Part shown: positions 36,254 through 46,960 of the stretch, piece after piece | Numbering within the stretch: position 1 is the stretch's first letter | Layout: the number at the start of each line of letters is the position of its first letter | Assembly: GCA_001600815.1 (NCBI GenBank) | Contig: BCKZ01000011.1 | Span: 1-64,000, forward strand | DNA length: 64,000 nucleotides | Reading direction: 5' to 3' | DNA from: Alloascoidea hylecoeti | Taxonomy: Eukaryota | Notes under the pieces: model-generated | Told to the model about the DNA's origin: nothing | Seen by the model: the letters and a program-made list of their open reading frames with translations, nothing else | Database searches by the model: none | Program-made: the position numbers and the translations under genes

Positions 36254-36410
36254 ACAGTCCTTTTAGGTGTTGGAATTGAAATGAGTATAATTAACTACCT
36301 TAACAAGGAATGATTGAAGGGCAAGTCTGGTGATAGCAGCCCCGATACCGGTAATTCCAGCTTGAGTAACGTTTATTAAAGTTGTTGCGATTAAAAAGCA
36401 TAGTTGATCT
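36254..36410 (+). pseudogene. Degenerate 18S rRNA fragment (conserved region around the 530 loop, just upstream of V4)
   Basis: AATTGAAATGAGTATAA..TACCTTAACAAGGAATGATTGAAGGGCAAGTCTGGTG..AGCAGCC..CGGTAATTCCAGCT..TATTAAAGTTGTTGC..TTAAAAAGC..TAGTTGA matches eukaryotic 18S (GGAATGAGTACAAT..AACGAGGAACAATTGGAGGGCAAGTCTGGTGCCAGCAGCCGCGGTAATTCCAGCTCC..), with substitutions and a short insertion. Confidence 0.9.
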
Positions 36411-36847
36411 GTTAATCATATTCATTAGCTTATAATTGTTGGGTAGTTTTATATACTACGATATTAGTAATAAATATGTGATGTTAGTGTTATAAATCTT
36501 ATTTACACTAATTGTGGTCACTTTTTAAACCAAATATGTTAATTAATATGTTAGAGTGATAATAACTATTGACCATGCGATCCTCTTTAGCTGTATCCAA
36601 CCATGTAATTGTCAAAATATTGAAATTTTGACTACTAATTATCCATCAATACCTTCCCTAACTTGTTGAACTCTATAGTTTTCTTTAGATTTTCAGCAAT
36701 GGATACATGTAAATCAAACCAACGATTAAATTGGGATTCATGAATATCGTTAAGCATTACCCAACCAGATTGTTATTTAGTTCTCATCAACCCTCCTTTG
36801 AATCGGTAAAAACAGTATATATTTGATTATAATTATCACCATTCATA

Positions 36848-37011
36848 ATGGGTGAAGAAAAGACACATATTAATGTCGTCTTCGTTGAACACGTCGATTC
36901 CAGTAAATATAAAAGCACTTGTCATATCATCTACATGTGTGATGGTATACCATTGAAAAGTTCGAGAAGGAAGCTGCCAAACTCGGTGGAGGTTCTTTCA
37001 AATACGCTTGG
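36848..37011 (+). pseudogene. TEF1: 5' fragment of translation elongation factor EF-1 alpha
   Basis: MGEEKTHINVVFVEHVDSSKYKSTCHIIYMCDG, a ~10-nt deletion, then TIEKFEKEAAKLGGGSFKYAW. The G1 P-loop (GHVDSGKS) is destroyed and similarity stops abruptly at 37011. Confidence 0.92.
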
Positions 37012-37439
37012 AGCTCAAGACGAAAGTTTAAACTTTCAAAACAGGAATAAAAAGAACAAATTTAATTTTTGGCGAGACGAAGGCGAGCAATGACGACTCT
37101 ACGAAACAGTAGATCAAGCTGCTCGTTCCCCAAATGTTGGCCTTCATAAACACTTTGGATCACAAACATTTTAGACAATACATGGTCTAATAAGCTCATA
37201 TGCTTTTATTATTAACTATAAACAAATTTAATGGCCCTTCATCTGTTCCTTCATCTATTCCTTCATCTGAAAAAATATTTGTTTTATTTGTTTGTAAGCC
37301 TCGAACTGTTATTTTGTTATATTCACTAAGTACGTATTGACCCTTTACTGTGATACATATTACAATTATAAAAGATCTCAGAATTCTTTAATTATGATCA
37401 CTTTCAATATTCCAGGATCTTATAGATCCAAATCCTCTA

Positions 37440-38395
37440 CTATAAGTAAGGTCTTATACCATTATGAATACAAATTCTACTGTAGTAGCTTTTACTTTAA
37501 AGCTGTGCTGTAAATCAAACTGTAGTTAATGTTCTAAATTATGAACACAAACTCCAACATAATCATAATTACAAGATACACTATAATCATTGCATAAAGT
37601 GACATTCCTCACAGCAATATTTGATAATACATAAGGACTAGTACTTTGTTGTCTTGGTATTATCAAACGATTTATTGGTTTAAAATCTAGTAATTTCCAA
37701 ATTATAAGTTACAAGAACCATCATTTGAAGAAGAAACCAAATAATTATACTATCCAAAGATCTAACATCCAAATGATATTTAAATCTAATATCGATATTT
37801 TTTGTTAATTCTGATATTTCAATATCTGAAAAATCAGGAATTAATTCACTTAATATTTTTGAATATATTAAAGGTGTCATTATCCAACTTCTTATTATAT
37901 TAATATTCTGAACCTGTAAAAATACATCCTTTAAAAAATTTAACTCAATTTGTTTTTATCAAAATGAAATATAATTAATTTATGCATATGCATATCTGGG
38001 GATATGGAAATATTAGAATTGACAAAAGGTACCAATATTAAATTTCATTTGGATCCGGATAGTGTTAGACTTTTGGATACCAATGAAAATCATCCGATTT
38101 CTTTTTTACACACACCATGAATTAGTTTCTGAATTATCATTAAAATTATTTCCAAAGATGTTGTTAAAACTTTAATCTCATTTTCAACTATGTTTCCATA
38201 AATTCGAAACTCTTCTATAAATGAGTAGAATTGTTGGTGGCAAATCTAAAAACATGATTTCAGATATTTCATCAGCTATAGGGGAGATAGGAAACAAAAT
38301 TGATTTTAGTCTGAAGATTTCTGAGTAAAGTACAGTTGTTTAAATGGTTGTTGTTCGATCAGTAATATTGTGGATTTTTCCAATAACAAAGGGTT
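37440..38395 (-). pseudogene. F-box gene pseudogene, copy 1
   Basis: The minus strand near 38290-38195 reads PIADEISEIMFLDLPPTILLIYRRVSNLW (F-box-like). The rest has stops; colinear with 40890-41402. Confidence 0.65.
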
Positions 38396-39374
38396 ACAAA
38401 TTTCACTTCCTACGAAATCTGGTGTGACGAATCTACTTGTTTGTGGGTAATCTCTATTTAGTTTTTTGCTCAATATAGCAACAACACTTAAACTAATATT
38501 CGGCCATACCGACTAAAATAATCTGCCACCTATACTTATGAACGAAATACTTTTTGATCGTATATTTACACATTAATATTCCTATTCACATACTAGAAAT
38601 TCATTGATAGTCAGCATAAAGTATATTTATCTCTATACTCTATAGCTATTTATTAACAACAATTTTTCTTTTTCGAAAGATTTGCAGATGAATTCACTAA
38701 AATGACAACACGCATATCAATGAGTTATAACTTATAGTTCAAATAATGAGAAGGCAGTTCCAGGATTTTTGACTCATGATGTTATTGAAAGTATGTATTT
38801 TTTTTTTTTTTTTTTTGGTCCACTTTATCCAACTTTTGGCAAACAGCACCGGTTCATCCCCAGAAATAACACCAATAACAGAGTTATTTACTGTAGGCAA
38901 AGTGTAAGCGGGTCAAAAATTAGTGTAAGATGGCTTATTACTTTAGTCGGCACCAGTATTAGATATCGATTAGGGTGTGGCCGAATATTTAATTCAAAAT
39001 GTAACATATAATAACCGTTAAGCGGCCGAATATTTAATGTTACGTAGTCCAATAATAAGCTAAAGCATTTTGATTCTCCATAAATAATTATCGGCCACAT
39101 TATTGCTGGTATGACGTGTAAATAGGCAGGGACATTGAATACCTTCGGATGCCAACCCCGGCCAAAATATTATGGTGTAAGTATCCGATAATTAGTACTC
39201 AACATGACCGATATTAAGTGAAATAACATTAAAATAGAGATTTTATAGAATTTAATTTTGTATTAAATTGAATTTCCAATTATTTTTGATAAGATTTCAA
39301 AATTGAAGTTACCGCTTACATTTTAAATTGAAACTTATAGGTAATGTTATTCAGATTATTTAAGACCATGTGAA

Positions 39375-40512
39375 GGTGGGCAACGACAATACTTGAATCA
39401 TCTTTTATTAAGCGATTAAGAACAGATTTAAAAATGGTTGGTGAACAATATTCTTGGACAGGTAGTGCATTTTATCTTGGTTATTTATTTTTTGAATTTC
39501 CTGCATCAATGTGTTTTACAAAAATTTCCAGTTATAAAAACTCTTAGTACATTCATTATAATTTAGGGTGCAATTCTTTGTTTACATGCTACACCAAATT
39601 ATGCTGGATTTGTTGCTCTAAGGACTCTTCTAGGAATGTTTGAATCTGCAGTTACACCAGCTTCCGTTTTAATTACAGCCCAATGGTATAAAAAGAAGAA
39701 CAATTTTTAAGAACTTCTATTTGGTTTGCATTCAATTGGAATAATAATGGGGCATCAATTGCCTACGGGTTAGCTATAAAAGCAGATGTATATTCTATTG
39801 AAGTTTAAAAAATCCTTTATATTGTTGCTGGACTTTATACAATTACACTTGGAATAATTCTTCTTTTTCATCTTCCTGATGTTCCTTCAAAAGCATGGTT
39901 TTTAACCGAGTTAGAAAGGAAACAGGTAATAGCTAGAATTAAATCAAATCAACAAGGATTTGGTAATACACATTTTAAAATTTATATCAATTTATTGAAG
40001 CATTTAAAGATATTAGAACATATTTAGTATTTATAGAAGCTATTACTGCGAATATTCTAAATGGAGTATTAACTAACTTCGGATCAATTCTTCTACAAGA
40101 TGATTTCGGATATGGTAAATTAGATGCATTATTAATGGGGATGCCTGCTGGAGCAGTTGAGTTAATAGGTTGTCCTTTATTTGGACTTTTATCATTATAG
40201 ATTCCACATCGATCAGGAATAGCAACATTTGTTATGTTGTTAACTGATGCATTATTTTGTGTATTTGCATTTTCTGGAAATAAAACTGCAAGATTAGCAC
40301 CGAATTATTCAGGAGCTAAAATTGCAATGATTGTTGGGAATTGTGCTACAGTTTGTATAATGGCTCTATATTTTTTGAATTGGAAAGACAATAAAAGAAG
40401 AGGTAGAGAAGAATAAATATTAACTAAGGAATTACATTTGGATCAAATTGAAAATATTGAATTTGCTGATTTAACTGATTTTGAGCATCCATACTTTAGA
40501 TATATTCTTTGA
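39375..40512 (+). pseudogene. DAL5: Allantoate permease (DAL5 family, anion:cation symporter MFS) pseudogene with internal deletion
   Basis: LRTDLKMVGEQYSWTGSAFYLGYLFFEFP..ALRTLLGMFESAVTP..TAQWYKK..LPDVPSKAWFLT..RIKSNQQGFGN..LTNFGSILL..ENIEFADLTDFEHPYFRYIL*. Several frameshifts and Trp-position stops; the N-terminus and part of the C-terminal half are missing. Confidence 0.9.
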
Positions 40513-40889
40513 ATATTAGAAATATATATTATGACATAACTCGAAATGTTTTCGTAGAAAAGTAATGTGTCGACCATATTGATTGTTTTTATTAATATTA
40601 ATTAATACAATTATTTTGATTTTTATCGTTTAACATTTGATCAGCCGTTTAGTTTGGCCATAGTTAATCAAGTCTCAGTCGTCATTTTCTCATGTTAACA
40701 CTTTACGTAAACGTTGCTTGCGCAAACTGATCGAGAGCTTTAATATGGTATACAGGGATCAAAGATTCCCGAATTGAAAGCTAGACATCGAGATTCTCAA
40801 TCAAAAAAAACTAAATTAAACTTATTGTAAGTTACATACAATTCATAAGTCATTATTAATTAATGTATTTTTCTTCTTCGTTAAACACA

Positions 40890-41402
40890 ACATTCAATGT
40901 ACCATTATGAATGCAAATACTACTATAGTAACCTTCTACTTTAAAAGTGTGCTGTAAATCCAACTGTTGTTGATGTTCTAAATTATATAGACTTGATTTC
41001 CAGACCCCATCATTACAAGATACAATATAATGATTGTATGAAACAACTTCCCTAGGAACAAGATTTGATACATAATACGTAATGATATAATACTTGTTTG
41101 TCTGCAATTGGTATTATCAAGACATTCATTTCATACTATATAAATTAGTTTCTGAATCATTATTCTAATTATTTCCAAGAGTTTTTGTTGTCAATTAAAA
41201 CTTTATTCTCATTTGATTCCATAATTCCGAATAAAGTTGTTAGTGGAAAATCTAAAAAGATTATTTCAGATATTTCATTAGCTAAAGTAAATCGATTGTA
41301 GTTTGAGATTAAATATTATTGAGCGAAGACATGTTGCAAATTTTTCAAATGGTTGTCGCGTGGTTATCAAAAATACTATGGTTTTTTCCAATAACAACAG
41401 GG
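40890..41402 (-). pseudogene. F-box gene pseudogene, copy 2 (internally deleted)
   Basis: Reads LANEISEIIFLDFPLTTLFGI. 40904-41120 aligns by eye to 37461-37670, and 41140-41402 to 38118-38395; about 450 bp of copy 1 is absent. Confidence 0.65.
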
Positions 41403-41914
41403 AATTCTAAGAAAAGAAATTTGTTCACTATTTCTGTAATGGATGTTACTAGATGTGTCTAGAGGGAGTAAGTGTGGAGTGTTTGGTCCGTATGAGCCCA
41501 CCTCACCCACTTATAATGATTTAGACCTACTGTTTTATTCCAATCTAATGGTTACATTCCTTGAACGAGTCTCTTTCTCTTATTATAATCAGATGTGAAA
41601 TGTAAATCTTCCCCTACTTTTTCTATAAAATTAAGGTGATAAAACTAGCAGTAATTATAATTATAAGGTTTGGGTTTAGGGTTTCATTACTAGAAATCTT
41701 GGATCCCGATCTATAATAAATGGGATAGATTTCTCATATACTTAATATACCACATCCTTTTTAACCCGTTTGTTCACATAACAATAAGTTGTCTGACCAA
41801 GAAAAAATCCACCTCCAAATTAAAATACGACGCGCAGAGCTTACTTTCTTTTTAAGCAGAACTACACAATGTAGTACGCATCACACTTAATATAATGATG
41901 TAACTATGTGTAGC

Positions 41915-42230
41915 TTAGCCCGACGCGACTTTATCCAACTTCACGCTGTTGTAGATGTCAATAACGAAATTAATGGCATTACAGAAGCAATCAATGTATC
42001 ACGTGCTTTTACTTAAACATCAGAAGGTTGCTTTCAAGCTCTGCAATGTTTACACTGCATATGTGGAGGAGATTCAGGTTGTGAGATTATCTGGAAGTTC
42101 AGGAAGGTGTTGGATCCAAATTAATTCCCATCTATTCCCCAATTGAGGGGAATGTTCCACTTGTGTTGAATTTGTTAATGCCATAAATGATTTAATTCCC
42201 CTTTTTATTTTTAAATCAAAGGGTATATAT
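41915..42230 (+). mobile_element. Relic of a pogo/Fot1-like (Tc1/mariner, DDE_1) transposase
   Basis: RRDFIQLH (cf. W..RF..RH), then in another frame NVYTAYVEEIQVVR..PN*GECSTCVEFVNAINDLIPLFIFKSK (cf. NIYN.DETGF..NRE..T.IECI.A.G..IPP.IIFKGK). Confidence 0.45.
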
Positions 42231-43610
42231 GAATTGTTACTCAATGTCGATAAAGCCTCCCGTGAAGAAAGCATTCGGTCAATTAGAGTACCTGTGATGT
42301 CAGTGAAAAAAGATGAGGCTACTAGAGCTCATGCCATGAAGCTGGTGGACATCCATATGAAGTACTCGCTTATACAGATAAGGGATTTATCTGTAAGTAT
42401 GAAAAGAAAACTCTACATATAAAGGTAATCATTAGAATTGTTCCTTGTATTACAGACTGAAGAAATAAAATGAATTTTAAAGCCAGAAAGGCCCATCGGG
42501 TTTTACTATAATAAAGCACTTGAGTTTTGAAGGCATTATCGTGTTATCCACTTGATCGTGACGATCTGTTAAAATATATATCACATATTAACGAAATCTC
42601 TCAGTCAAGTGAGTAGTAGTAGTATTTATTTTGGACCTTAGAAAGATATAATTATAAAAGGAGCCGAACTATCCTCTTTGTTTTGTGGAGGGTAGTGTAG
42701 CCGGTCTTCAATAGTTAGCGCTTCATTAGCGGCCCCACCGTTTGTTTGTGTACTCCGAACCTTAATTTTCTAAAATGACAACTACAAATATGAAAACACA
42801 ATATTAATCAAATGAAGATCTGTGTGTTTCTTCATGGTAAATTTCAACTTGATTGCTTTGATAAACTATTTATTCTTAAAAAAATATGCAAAATTTAAAT
42901 CCAAAAATATTGAAAATGAAAATGATAGGATCCTAAGACTAAACTCAAGCTTAATAACTCGGTCCGTCGTAGTATGAGAAACAGAGGCCAATGGAAATAA
43001 TGAATATATCCTCTTAATTAAATCTGAGAGGGAGGCTTTAAATATAAATTTATACATGAATAAATATATAATATAGGTTAAGTTATGAACCGCGACTTTA
43101 GACGACAAATGCATCGATATCTATAATCTTTTTATTCTCATGTGTTTCACCTAAGATGAGAGTATCTTCTATATAGGCAATGGATATATTTGTAAAATTT
43201 AACAAATATTATAGTTTTTGCGTTTCTTATGTTCTGAATTTGTAATTGGTGGCACACTCGCGGATCTTAATTATAACTAAGCTTATCCTACATAAATCTA
43301 AAGTTATCATTTCAAATATAGCAAAATATACATATAGTTAGTTAGTAATGAACTGAATATATAAGTGGAGGTGCTATATATATAGCTAGACACCGCGACA
43401 GATTCGCAAGTAGGTTTGACTAGTCATGCTCAAACCCACATGGAGACAGCTGGTTGCAGTTGCTGAATGCATATATTCATACTATAAAAGCTTGGCAATA
43501 TTAATAGATACATATCAATAGGGTTCATTATTTAGATATATAATAACTATAGTGATCTCTTTTGTTTCTTTTAATCAATTATACCAATTGATTTATCATT
43601 CTTTTTCATC

Positions 43611-46367
43611 ATGGTTAATATCAATATTTGTCACTCGTTTCTTTATTTATTTTATATTTCTTTGCAATTTATATCATTAGCAAATGCAGCAGGAGTTAGT
43701 TTTGATTTTTCAAGAGTAAAAATCTCAAAAGAAAATGAAATTTTACCAATTCATAATAACGCTCTTAATAAAAGGGCAAATGCATATCAAGAATATGTAC
43801 TTAAAAATGAGAAATCTTTCTATATGATTAATTTTACTCTTGGAACACCTGAACAAGATGTTATTGGTGTTCTTTTAGATACTGGTTCATCTGATTTATG
43901 GGTTTCATCTAAAAAAAATAAGTTATGTGAAGAAATTGGTTGTGAACGTTATGGAACATATGATCCAGATATTTCATCAACATGGAAATATAATAATTCA
44001 AAATTCTCTCTTACTTATGCTGATAAAACTTATGCAAAAGGTGATTGGGGTATGGATATAATCCATATTGGTGATATATCAATTCCAAATTTAAACTTTG
44101 CTGTTGCTTTGGATGCTACATCTGAATTTGGTGTTTTTGGTATTGGCTTTGATACTCTTGAATCTGCTCCTGAAAAATATATTAATTTCCCTGGTGCTTT
44201 AGTTATGAATGGTCTTATTAATTCACAAGCTTATTCGATTTTCTTAAATGATGCCAATGCTGATTCTGGATCTATATTATTTGGAGCAGTTGATCATTCC
44301 AAATATGTGGGAACTTTAAGTACTGTCCCTATTGTTAGCACTACCAGAACAGCTGTTCGTTTAACTGGATTTTCAGCAGAAGATAACGGTTGTGAGACAG
44401 ATGCATTCACACCTTACCACTGGTACTCAACAGCATGGGGACAATTAGGTCATCAAACCAGTGCTGGTCTTTTTGTTCTTCTTGATACCGGAACTACTCT
44501 TACAATGCTACCTAAAAGTTTTGTAGAGGGAATTGCAGAAGCTTTTAATGCAATATATGATAAGGAACAAGGTTATTATTTTCATTCATGTAATGGTGAT
44601 GGACTTAAAGTTAATTTCAAATTCTCTTGTGCAACAATCTCTGCTCCATTGAGTAATTTTCTTACTCCTAGTTATTATGAAGATGGTTCTCCAGTATATC
44701 TTCCTAATGGTGAACCTCAATGTTTTTTTGATTTTATTACAACGAGTGATATTCCAATTTTAGGAGAATCCTTTCTAAGATCTGCCTATGTTGTGATGGA
44801 TTTGGATAATAAACAAGCTTCTTTGGCTCAAGCCAAGAGTGACCCTTCTGCTACTAGTGAAATCGAAGAGATTCAAATTGGCCCTGATGGTATTCCTAGA
44901 GATAGTACAGCAGTTTGTAAGGCAGCTAAATATTCTTCTTGTCAACCTTCTCCTCGCACTAGTTCCTCCAGTTCAACCTCTTCCGTTCCTACATCATCTA
45001 ATATTAGTCCTTCTGATATTTCTTCAGTTCTCTCATCGAGCTCCTCTATTATTAGTACCGTGTCCAGTACAAGTACTGAAGAAGCTCATTCAACTCCATC
45101 TACGGTTATTTCATCTTATTTCACTTCCAGATCAGCTATTACCAGCAGTAGCTTTATTGCAAGTAACTCTGAGGAAGCTCACTCAAATATGAATGTAGTC
45201 AGTTCTTCTCTTCCTTCTACTACGGCTCCTACAACATCATCAGCACCCAAAAGTGTTCATTCAAGTATTTTATCAGCTTCAACCTCAGATGCTACCTCAG
45301 ATGCTACTAGTGCTATTCCAATTTCTATTTCTGCTGTGTCAAGACATTCACTATTAGCTGTGGTCAGTTCTTCTTCTTCTGTAACTTCTCATACTCAGCC
45401 AATGGTTACTTTAGATTCTATAAGCTCTTACTCTACTCCTACATCATTGGTATCTTATAGTCATGACTCTAACACTTTGGGTCTTAGTAGTGGCATTTCA
45501 GAAGTACAATCACAACCATCTACAACCGCAATTGCAATTTCGAGCGTTGAATTATCTGAGGCTATAGAACCCATTGAAGTTATTGAGACTAGTTCTTACA
45601 CAACGGAGACGTTTACTTCTTGTGAAACTATTATAAATAGTGATACTACTGGAATTGTTACACTAACTTATACCACTGTTGTCCCCTGTCCAACTATAGT
45701 AGCTGACTCAACTTTTGAAGCAACAACAGAAATGGTTGATACTCCTCTTTACATAACAGAGACTACTATTTCTTATGAAACTATTATTAATAATGACACT
45801 ACTGAAGTTATCACACTAACATACACCACTGCTGTTCCTTGCCCTTCACAATCACTAGTAACTGACTCAACTTTTGAAGTAACAACAGAAATTGTTGGTA
45901 CTCCTCTTTACATAACAGAGACGACTATTTCTTGCGAAACTATCATTAATAATGACACTACTGAAGTTATCACACAAATTTACACCACTGTTGTTCCCTG
46001 TTCAACTACAGTACATGGTGACCCAGATTTTGAAGAAACAACACCAACAGTGCAATTGGCACCAACAGTAATTATTGAAACTACTATAGATATTGAAACT
46101 ACTGTTACACCAACTTACAAAACTGTTGTCACACATTCAACTACAATCCCTGCTTTTAAAGTAACACCAGAAACATTGCAATTGAAACCATGGTCAGCAG
46201 TAATTACAAACACTCCATCTCTTTTGAATACCATAGCAAGTGTAAGTTCAAACCTTTCAACGATAACACCAATAACAAATATTGAACCAAATTTTGCAAG
46301 TCTGATTAGGCCATATATGCCAATATTTATTTGTATGGTTATATCATATTCCTTATTTTTCTTTTAA
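43611..46367 (+). CDS. Secreted, probably GPI-anchored aspartyl protease (yapsin/SAP/Bar1 family) with a Ser/Thr stalk
   Basis: Signal peptide, pro-region ending NKR, catalytic LLDTGSSDLWV and LLDTGTT, GSILFGAVDHSKY, ILGESFLRSAYVVMD, an S/T-rich tail and a hydrophobic C-terminus. Confidence 0.93.
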   Translation: MVNINICHSFLYLFYISLQFISLANAAGVSFDFSRVKISKENEILPIHNNALNKRANAYQEYVLKNEKSFYMINFTLGTPEQDVIGVLLDTGSSDLWVSSKKNKLCEEIGCERYGTYDPDISSTWKYNNSKFSLTYADKTYAKGDWGMDIIHIGDISIPNLNFAVALDATSEFGVFGIGFDTLESAPEKYINFPGALVMNGLINSQAYSIFLNDANADSGSILFGAVDHSKYVGTLSTVPIVSTTRTAVRLTGFSAEDNGCETDAFTPYHWYSTAWGQLGHQTSAGLFVLLDTGTTLTMLPKSFVEGIAEAFNAIYDKEQGYYFHSCNGDGLKVNFKFSCATISAPLSNFLTPSYYEDGSPVYLPNGEPQCFFDFITTSDIPILGESFLRSAYVVMDLDNKQASLAQAKSDPSATSEIEEIQIGPDGIPRDSTAVCKAAKYSSCQPSPRTSSSSSTSSVPTSSNISPSDISSVLSSSSSIISTVSSTSTEEAHSTPSTVISSYFTSRSAITSSSFIASNSEEAHSNMNVVSSSLPSTTAPTTSSAPKSVHSSILSASTSDATSDATSAIPISISAVSRHSLLAVVSSSSSVTSHTQPMVTLDSISSYSTPTSLVSYSHDSNTLGLSSGISEVQSQPSTTAIAISSVELSEAIEPIEVIETSSYTTETFTSCETIINSDTTGIVTLTYTTVVPCPTIVADSTFEATTEMVDTPLYITETTISYETIINNDTTEVITLTYTTAVPCPSQSLVTDSTFEVTTEIVGTPLYITETTISCETIINNDTTEVITQIYTTVVPCSTTVHGDPDFEETTPTVQLAPTVIIETTIDIETTVTPTYKTVVTHSTTIPAFKVTPETLQLKPWSAVITNTPSLLNTIASVSSNLSTITPITNIEPNFASLIRPYMPIFICMVISYSLFFF
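45585..46005 (+). repeat. Intragenic tandem repeat, about 2.7 units of 153-159 nt (51-53 aa, Thr-rich, Cys-containing)
   Basis: Y.TET..SCETIIN.DTT.V.T.TYTT.VPC recurs with unit anchors at ~45594, 45747 and 45906. Confidence 0.9.
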
Positions 46368-46960
46368 TATGTTAATCCATTTTTTATATACCTGTATAAC
46401 TTATAATATATGCTTGTAATTTAATTTCTGTTTCTACACCATTCCAGCTCCGCCATATATAAAAAAAACGCGTCTTTGTATCTAAAAATCTTAGAGGTCA
46501 TAAACGCGAATATTACTAATCGTACATGAGAAGATTCAGAAATGCTTATTGTTCATAACCATTAGCTAGCTAGCAACCGATTAAGTTAGTGCTCAATTAA
46601 AACTTAAGCTTATTTCATCTTTTCTGAAAAAGTTGCGTAGATTCTCATTCTATAAGAAACACTTCATTATTTAATAAAGAATATTTTTTTAATAAAATTA
46701 TACTTTAGGCAAATGACAAATAGACGTTAAAAGAGTTTTGGCTCATTTTATAGCTAGATATATTATTGTAATTTAACAGCTTCGCAATTGTATAACTTTT
46801 GGATCTTTTACATCTAGAGGATTTAATTTCTTAATTATTGTTTTCAAAACTTCTATTATTCAAATATCCATAGCTTTAAAAACTTAAAGGGAGCTGAACA
46901 TTGTTTTAACTCCTGAGTATAATCCATGATTCGCAGTAATTAATACATTGTACGAGCACT

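Noticed and set aside
36254..36410. Functional rRNA gene
   Set aside because: Only ~155 nt, with lesions in the universally conserved GCCAGCAGCCGCGG and no flanking rDNA.
36848..37093. 81-aa ORF as a real EF-1 alpha gene
   Set aside because: The P-loop is mutated, the frame shifts after about 34 codons, and homology ends at 37011.
38940..39220. CRISPR-like array
   Set aside because: The repeats are short, in mixed orientation and irregularly spaced, in a eukaryotic context with no cas genes.
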